From: the human T2T-CHM13v2.0 reference genome, Homo sapiens | Assembly: GCF_009914755.1 (NCBI RefSeq) | Contig: NC_060927.1 | Direction: 5' to 3' (one strand) | Length of the DNA stretch: 64,000 nt | In this document: positions 57,143-64,000 of the stretch, in pieces | Layout: every line of letters begins with the position of its first letter | How positions within the stretch are numbered: the first letter of the stretch is position 1 | Notes under the pieces: generated by a model | What the model was told of the DNA's origin: nothing | The model's database searches: none | The model's input: the letters and a program-made list of their open reading frames with translations, nothing else | Program-made: the position numbers and the translations under genes

Positions 57143-57749
57143 AATTGACATTATAAAGGCTTTCAGTCCAATTTTTAAAACTACTTAAATCCAAGCTTAG
57201 TTTGGGAATAGCATACTCTTAAATATATATATATTTATTATATATAATAATATATGTAATATACATTATATATTATGAGTATGCTATTATATATATCATA
57301 TATATGCTATATATATGAGTATGCTATTTCCAAACTAAGTTTATTATTTTATATTATTAATAATATATTATATAATATATTTTATATATAATATATATTT
57401 ATACATTATATATTTATTATATATAATAATATATGTTTATACATTATATATTTATTATATATAATGTATAAACATATATTATTATATATAAAATATATTA
57501 TATAATATATTATTAATAATATAAAATAAACTTAGTTTGGAAATAGCATACTCATATATATTTAATTTAATATATTATATATTAATATATATTTATTATA
57601 TTAATATATATTTATTATATTTAATATATGAGTATGCTTATATTTAATGCATTATATTTAATATATATGAGTATGCTATTTCCAAACTAAGCTCGGATTT
57701 AAGTAGCTTTATCTTAAAAATTGGACAGAAAGGCTTTATAATGTCAATT
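57143..57749. repeat. Nested AT-rich inverted repeat (PATRR-like quasi-palindrome)
   Basis: Outer arms 57143-57218 / 57669-57749; inner arms 57310-57392 / 57481-57560; central 30-bp hairpin starting at 57421. Confidence 0.95.
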
Positions 57750-58530
57750 TTGCTTTATTTGGGCTATACATTTTTAAATTAACACAAAGCATATAAGCCC
57801 TTCATACACTAGTTTTCCGGTGGATAGCTGCCTTTCAATGTGCCATATTTAAAAAATATTGTCAGACTATCCTATTTGCTAAGAGCACTGAATTCAACGT
57901 AATTTTAATACCTAATTTTAGAACTATTTATTTTATTGTGTGTGTGTGTTTGTGTGTGCATGCGCACACACTGGAGAAACATAATCAAACCAGTTAATTA
58001 TTGCTGATTTTCATAATTCTTCCAAAGGATAGAAATAATTACCTGTTAAACAATTTTCATAAAAATATATTTTACCATAAAATTATTATTTTTTGCATTT
58101 CTTTGGAATCACTCATTTTTTCATTGTTCAATAATTGACTACATTCATTAACTGAAGCTTTGTATTTGGATATTATTTTATAGCATATTGCAGTTTCCAC
58201 GACAATAGTCTAAAAGGTACGCATTAAACATATTTGAAAACAGAAAAACAAGAATTATAAGTGCAAGCTAAAATGTTTTCTTACAGGAAACACTGAGTAT
58301 TTGCAATGCTACATCAAATTGAAAACATAAATCGAACCCAGTTTTGGCTAAATGATATTGCCTTTCACTTTAAAGCAGTGTATCAGACCTTTAGTCACAG
58401 GTCGAATCAAGACATGCTAAAAGGGAAAACATCATTTCCATTTTGAGAAAAATTAAGTGGTCTGGTCTCCCCAGGGATGTCATCATCCTCCGCCAACGCA
58501 CAGCTTTTAGGGTTGTGAAAGAAGTATATA

Positions 58531-58613
58531 GACCCCAGCCTAGTCAGCCAAATCAGTTGAATCAACCCCAGTAATCAGTGGGACACTGATGTCACAGCCA
58601 GACTACACTCAGA
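58531..58613 (-). pseudogene. RN7SK: Degenerate 7SK snRNA pseudogene (5' ~85 nt, possibly extending to 58496)
   Basis: Reverse complement TCTGAGTGTAGTCTGGCTGTGACATCAGTGTCCCACTGATTACTGGGGTTGATTCAACTGATTTGGCTGACTAGGCTGGGGTC aligns with the 7SK 5' end TGTGAGGGCGATCTGGCTGCGACATCTGTCACCCCATTGATCGCCAGGGTTGATTCGGCTGATCTGGCTGGCTAGGCGGGTGTC. Confidence 0.9.
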
Positions 58614-59964
58614 GGCACAAAGAAAATGCACTCTAAGGCCAAAGAAAGAATGCAAACACTACAGTATCTTTCAGACAGTAAGAGACTTAAACAAGATGTT
58701 TTTCTTAAATTCTATTGTTGCCATTGAAAGCCAGAATTTGGTACTGAGCTCCACATAGGGGGAGAGAATTGGATTTGATATAATTTTAAATAAATTATCT
58801 CTCTTACAAAACTGTAAATAAATACATGTACCATTGAAAACCATGATGGTAATTTTATATTTTACTAATAGTGTAATAGTGTAGTCTCCACAGATACTTC
58901 ACCATGACAATTTGACAGCAGTGGTATTTTGCTAATTTCTAAATAAGTTGGAAGATAAAGTGATTCACAGTAAATATAATTGACCTTCCTCTCACCGCTG
59001 CATAAATAGTGTTTGTTATAAAAGTTTAAAAATCACATTTATGTATTAAATTATTAAAGCAAGTATAATGCTTCCACATTGTATTGTTTTGCAAGGGTTA
59101 TCATGGAATCTTCACCATTTATCATACATGTACTTCTGTCTTTTTTCTACTCAGAAGCACAGCATGAAGAAACTTCATTTCACATTGAAACATCACTGTG
59201 TGGAACAGTGTGATGAAATGAGACACAGGAGGAGTTATACTCCGGTAAACAGTTGGTCTATGGGAATGATAGCATTTTATGCTGAGACTGATATATCAAT
59301 TTTAAGTCCTAAGAGATGACTGATCTGAAAGCCAGAATGTCACTAGTGATAAACTATACGCATGTGAAAAATTACAGGTAACATAACGAGGCCTGCTGAG
59401 AGGCCTCTCACCCAGGCCTGTTTTACAAACCAACACTGAATGCAATGGGTCCTCCTCTAGTGAGGGTTCCGATTAATTGTTCCATATCGCTGGTAGACAA
59501 AAAGCATTCACGTTGTCATGAACATCTAAAATATGCCACTAAATAATCTAAGTTCGGTGATGTAAATGTGACCGCAAATATATTTCAAAGCTAACATTTT
59601 TATATGCATACATTTTTATAAATAAAACAGAGATGGAGGTTTTAAGAGAAAACCGTTTCAACAATCTGAGAATAGAATTCACAACACTATACTTTTGGTT
59701 CAAATAAAAGAAGCAACACCTAGTTTTGTTTTATCCCACATTCCCAAGGTGCAAAGCATTTGTCACTGTATATATAAACTGTGGAACAATTTTGAAAGTA
59801 TTTTGTGGATTAAAATAAGAGGTTCTGGAGTTATTTCTGGCAGCTATAGTCACCGGGTTATAAACTGACATTTAGCACACCATCAGAGTGAAAGATAAAT
59901 GGTGGAATTATTATCTTTATTTTTTCTAACCTTAAACATTTAACCTCACATAAATATAGGGAAT

Positions 59965-60140
59965 TGAGCAGAAGATCTGAACAGCTATAAAAAAATGACT
60001 CTGTATAGCCATGAGCAAGTTGTCAGTACCTCAGTTTTCTTATCTGTAAGATGGGAATAATACAGTCTTTCCTCAGAGCGTAGTGAGAATTAAATGGTAC
60101 ATGTCGAATGTTATATAAGAATTTGCTGTTATTCATTATT
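59965..60140 (+). mobile_element. MIR
   Basis: Core CCTCAGTTTTCTTATCTGTAAGATGGGAATAATA..GTGAGAATTAAATG. Confidence 0.8.
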
Positions 60141-60384
60141 ATTTAGTATTTTATATTGCCATTGCAGGAATATGAGGAAATATATTCTTTCATAACTAAT
60201 AGTTCTACAGTGACTGGACTAGTATAAACATAGATATACAGCAAATGCCATGGCCTGAAGATGAAAAATAAACACAACACAGTGGACTGCCCCTCATCAA
60301 AATCTAGGAGCATCTGATATCTAGGAGTAGGTATATAATTTAGAACCAGTTTCTTGTTTAGTTTTCATTTTCGAAATGTTTTCG

Positions 60385-60500
60385 TTATGAGCTAGTCATG
60401 AAAGTTCATTGACCTCAGTTTTCTTATCTAAAATGGGAACAAAACTGCCCTTCTCCCAAATATGCTGCAAACTGTAAATATGATGGCAATTCTGAAAAGC
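60385..60500 (+). mobile_element. MIR fragment
   Basis: Core GACCTCAGTTTTCTTATCTAAAATGGGAACAA. Confidence 0.65.
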
Positions 60501-61159
60501 ATAAGGAGATGTATTAAAATAGATTCTCTACCATATACCCATGTAATCTACAATCATTAATTATAATAAAATTCATCCTTTGTCTATGTTATCACTTAGC
60601 TTCATAAAATGTAACTGCCTCATGAGAAATCCACTACTACCAGCCTTATTATGAAGACAACTGAGGAGGAAAATAACTTCAAAAGAAACTCTATAGATAT
60701 TTCTGACACCTAATTAAAATGTATGACTACAACAAAGTCTTATAGAACAAAAAAATGTAAGCAATTCATCTTTTAAGTGTCTCATCAATAATTTGGTTTG
60801 CCTATTGAAGGGACTCAAAATATTAAGGTCCTTGTGAAAATCCTTGCAGTCAGGAACTAAATCGTTTAACATTTTCTCCCAGCCATGATCGTTGGCTTCT
60901 ATCCTCAATGTACAATTCAGAGCAGCATTTATATATTTGTGTTTTTTTCTTTTTAATATATGCTGGCCTCCAATTTTCATGTTGTCAAAACTATTATTTT
61001 TTTCCTTGACAGTTTCATCAATTACTTTAGGTTTAAAAACTCCATCTTCATCCAGAAGTCAATTAATCATGTATATGTTCTTCATCTCATAATATGTTTT
61101 CATTTATTACCTAGAATTTATCTGGAATTTACTTTTTATAGGATATAGGAAAGAATCTC

Positions 61160-61386
61160 CCAGTCTGGACAACATAGTGAGACCTTGTCTCTACAAAAAA
61201 AAGAAAAAAATTAAAAATTAGCCTGGCATGGTGGTGCATGCCTGTATTTGTAGCTACAAGAGCTGCCACGAGGCTGAGGTGTGAGTATCTCTTGAACCCA
61301 GCTGTTTCGGGTTAAAGAGATCTATGATAGCACCACTGCACTCCAGCCCAAGCAACAGAATGAGACCCTGTCTCAAAGGAAAAAAT
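61160..61386 (+). mobile_element. 5'-truncated AluJ inserted in an old antisense L1M fragment (~61000-61445)
   Basis: CAACATAGTGAGACC..ATTAGCCTGGCATGGTGG..GAGACCCTGTCTC; flanks ATCTGGAATTTACTTTT and ATCTAATTTATTTTTCCC..TTTATTGAAAA are collinear L1 ORF2 antisense. Confidence 0.85.
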
Positions 61387-62811
61387 AATCTAATTTATTT
61401 TTCCCAATAAGCCAACTGTTTATAAAATATTTATTGAAAAAATATTTTTAAATCAGCAAATAAATCTAACTTTTTTCAAGTTGAAGAATTGAAATGAATT
61501 GAGAGAATATGCTCCTGGGTGAGAACAGGTGCATAAAAGAGAAAAGTAATTTGGCAGGTGGAAATTTGGCAACAACAAAACTTGAGTTTAGAGCAAGAGA
61601 CTAAATGAAAGAGCAGCAATGATAGAGAACTAGGAGTGCACCATAGTAGAGAATAGATGCTTTCCCTGCCAAATTTCACTTGGGCAGGACCAAGGAGGGG
61701 TCTGGAAATGAGTCTTGCTGGTGTTGTGACCCTGAGAAAGTTAGGAAAATGGAATGATCAATGACAGCTATCCAAAGCACTTGCCAGTTGATAAGCATAG
61801 ATGGGGAGGGATGGTTAGTCACAGTAGTCAGCCCACATTTCACAATATTCATCTCATAATCTTGGCATAAAAGTAAAGAAAACAGATCTGCTAAGTAATC
61901 CTGCATAATCCATGCGCATTTAATACACAGAAGCTGAAAAAACACAGATAAACATAATTATTCATTTATCTATCTATTCTTGTCCTCAGTCCAAAGACTT
62001 AATGTAGATTCTACTTGTCCTACATACAAGAGATCAAAAAATGAACTCAAAAAAATGAAAACCTGCGTCATCTGTAATCCTATCTCCTGAAATACACACA
62101 GTTAATTGTTCTTAGCATTTGGCAACTGTTCTTCCAGCCTTTTATAAATATAATTGTTTTTATAAATATAGTATATCATTACATGATTTACAGAAATAAG
62201 AGAGAGACATAAAATGCAGTAATTGGAGAATAAAGTCAGAAAGGAAAAGATCAGGATAGGACCAAGAACTTGAAATGTGACTAAAACAAAAATAAAAAAT
62301 ATTTAGGCCACCTACTTCAGGTGGGATGCAAATTTTTTCAAAGCCTTCTGCCAGTCAAACTGAAAGGGAACTGTTATATATTCCAAAACTTCATTTAAAA
62401 AAATTTTTTCAGGAAAATGGAATTATACGTCTCTCCATTGTACTTAACATATGTTTAATACAGGCCTATAATATACATATTAATATGTTTCAAAATACTT
62501 GTCCTTTTCGGAAACACCTAATTGGGATGCAGCAAGAAATAAGCTTGTCAATAGAAAAAAAAAGTAAATTATTCTATGGTCCAGAATGTTTTACTTTCAA
62601 TTTAAGAATCTGCCATCAGTTCAAAAGTGGAAAATTTTCTCATTTTTCTAAGAACGTGCAGAATACATCTACAATGTAGTGGAACTTCTAAGGGTTTGTA
62701 AATTTAAATGTCTATACAAAAGCCAGGCAGGAATCATAAATGATTGACTCTGAATCTGGCTTAAAACAATGGGATAGGGATTGCAGTGAATTCAAGAGTA
62801 GAAGCCCTGAC

Positions 62812-62842
<31 letters not shown>

Positions 62843-63654
62843 GTATGTATTTAGGTATGCATACTTTATGCATAAAGTATATGCATACTTTAATGTTTGA
62901 CCTATTTGCTGGTCATACAAATTACATTTGCTTTTGGGGATCCACCTGTATGCAATCTGTATATACTTGGCTGTTGATTTTCTTTTAAGGTCTTTGCCTA
63001 TCACTATCATCAACAAACATAATTCATTAATGCTGTTGCATGTGGAGCACTGTCCTGGTTACCAAATAATGCAGCTAACATAAGACACATCATATGTACT
63101 CTAGAGACATCATCACTTCATGCTTCATAAAAGTAATGCATGTTCAGAGAATTCAGAGGCTTTCTAAGTTTTAAGATATGAAAAACCTTTATAGATTTCA
63201 TATTGGAAAAGCAGTAATAAGTATTATTTCCACTTGAAACCAGATTTTAGCTGTTAGAATAGATTTGGGGGTTTATTCTTGAGTAGAAAAGCAACAAAGA
63301 TCATATATTTTAACCACCTGCATTTAAAAGTGGCAAAACCGATATGGAAAGTGGTAAAATAAGTAATTTAAGATGCACCAAGTAAATGGAAATATTACCT
63401 GCACTGTAGGATCTCTGGATTGTACTGTTGTCCATATTATGTTCTTAACATAGTTCTAAAGCATGTGTAACATCTATCTATAGTGAATTAGAACTAAATA
63501 CTAAATCAAGGGATAGCTAATTTCCAAGTTTTTCAAGAATAGAATTGATACTACATTGATTTTTATTAAAATATGTATCAACTCCATGTTATATGAATTA
63601 AAGAAACACTATCGAAAAGAACAGAATAAGCAAAACCATTTCTGTTATATGTTC

Positions 63655-63805
63655 TTTTACTTTTAATTTTTAAATTAATATACAGCAAAATGACCATATT
63701 ATGTACATTTGTATGAATTTTGCTACATGCTTAAATTTGTATAACTACTACCACCATCAGGACACAGAACATCTCATCAACCCCCAAACTCCCTTGCGCC
63801 ACCTC
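63655..63805 (-). mobile_element. L1ME-like 3' end fragment
   Basis: ATATACAGCAAAATG..TATGAATTTTG..AACTACTACCACCATCAGGACACAGAACAT..CCCCCAAACTCCCTTG. Confidence 0.75.
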
Positions 63806-64000
63806 TTTCTTTCTTTCTTTTTTTTTCTGTCATCAGGGTTCAGTTATATCTTTTATTACTTTTGATTCTACTGCAAGATCTAAAATTTAAGCCAGCATAA
63901 ATGAGAAAAAGAAAGAGAAGGGAGTGATCTAATAGGGGAAAATGGAAATATCACAAACTAATATGAAGAAAGGATATGTTTCAACATGATAGAGTGTCAG
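63806..64000 (-). other. Probable 3' end of a retrocopy or transduced polyadenylated sequence, running off the window
   Basis: On the minus strand, AATAAA (63852-63857) lies 25 nt upstream of an A10(GAAA)n tail (63806-63826) that abruptly interrupts the L1ME fragment. Confidence 0.5.

Noticed and set aside
57196-57691. Recurrent 23-bp motif with spacers, superficially CRISPR-like
   Set aside because: Copies alternate in orientation, spacers are low-complexity AT of unequal length, there are no cas genes, and the context is primate
61676-61945. 89-aa minus-strand ORF with a plausible acceptor near 61933
   Set aside because: No matching donor and no recognisable protein similarity
62326-62679. 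117-aa ATG-initiated ORF in unique sequence
   Set aside because: AT-rich composition, no homology recognised, and no promoter or splice support

Overview
Primate (probably human or great-ape) nuclear DNA: AT-rich, CpG-depleted and rich in interspersed repeats, as expected for a gene desert or the interior of a very large intron. I found no credible cellular protein-coding exon; the ORF track is explained by Alu, L1 and LTR remnants and by chance. Repeats include AluJ/S/Y and FLAM, L1 fragments from L1PA to L1ME age, L2, MIR, solo LTRs (MER50-like, LTR15-like, LTR41-like, MLT1, MLT2) and DNA transposons (Tigger1, MER5A, MER102, MER53). There is also a degenerate 7SK pseudogene. The most unusual structures are (1) a ~600-bp nested AT-rich palindrome at 57143-57749 carrying four alternately oriented copies of a 23-bp motif, (2) a single TSD-bounded composite L1PB insertion at 14579-16456 with an inversion, an apparently spliced 5'UTR, unassigned filler DNA and an AluY-associated deletion, (3) a probable retrocopy 3' end at the right edge, and (4) two strong candidate non-coding exons. 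I see no support for a new multi-gene system. Repeat subfamily names come from recalled consensus sequences rather than a search, and the boundaries of old repeats are approximate.
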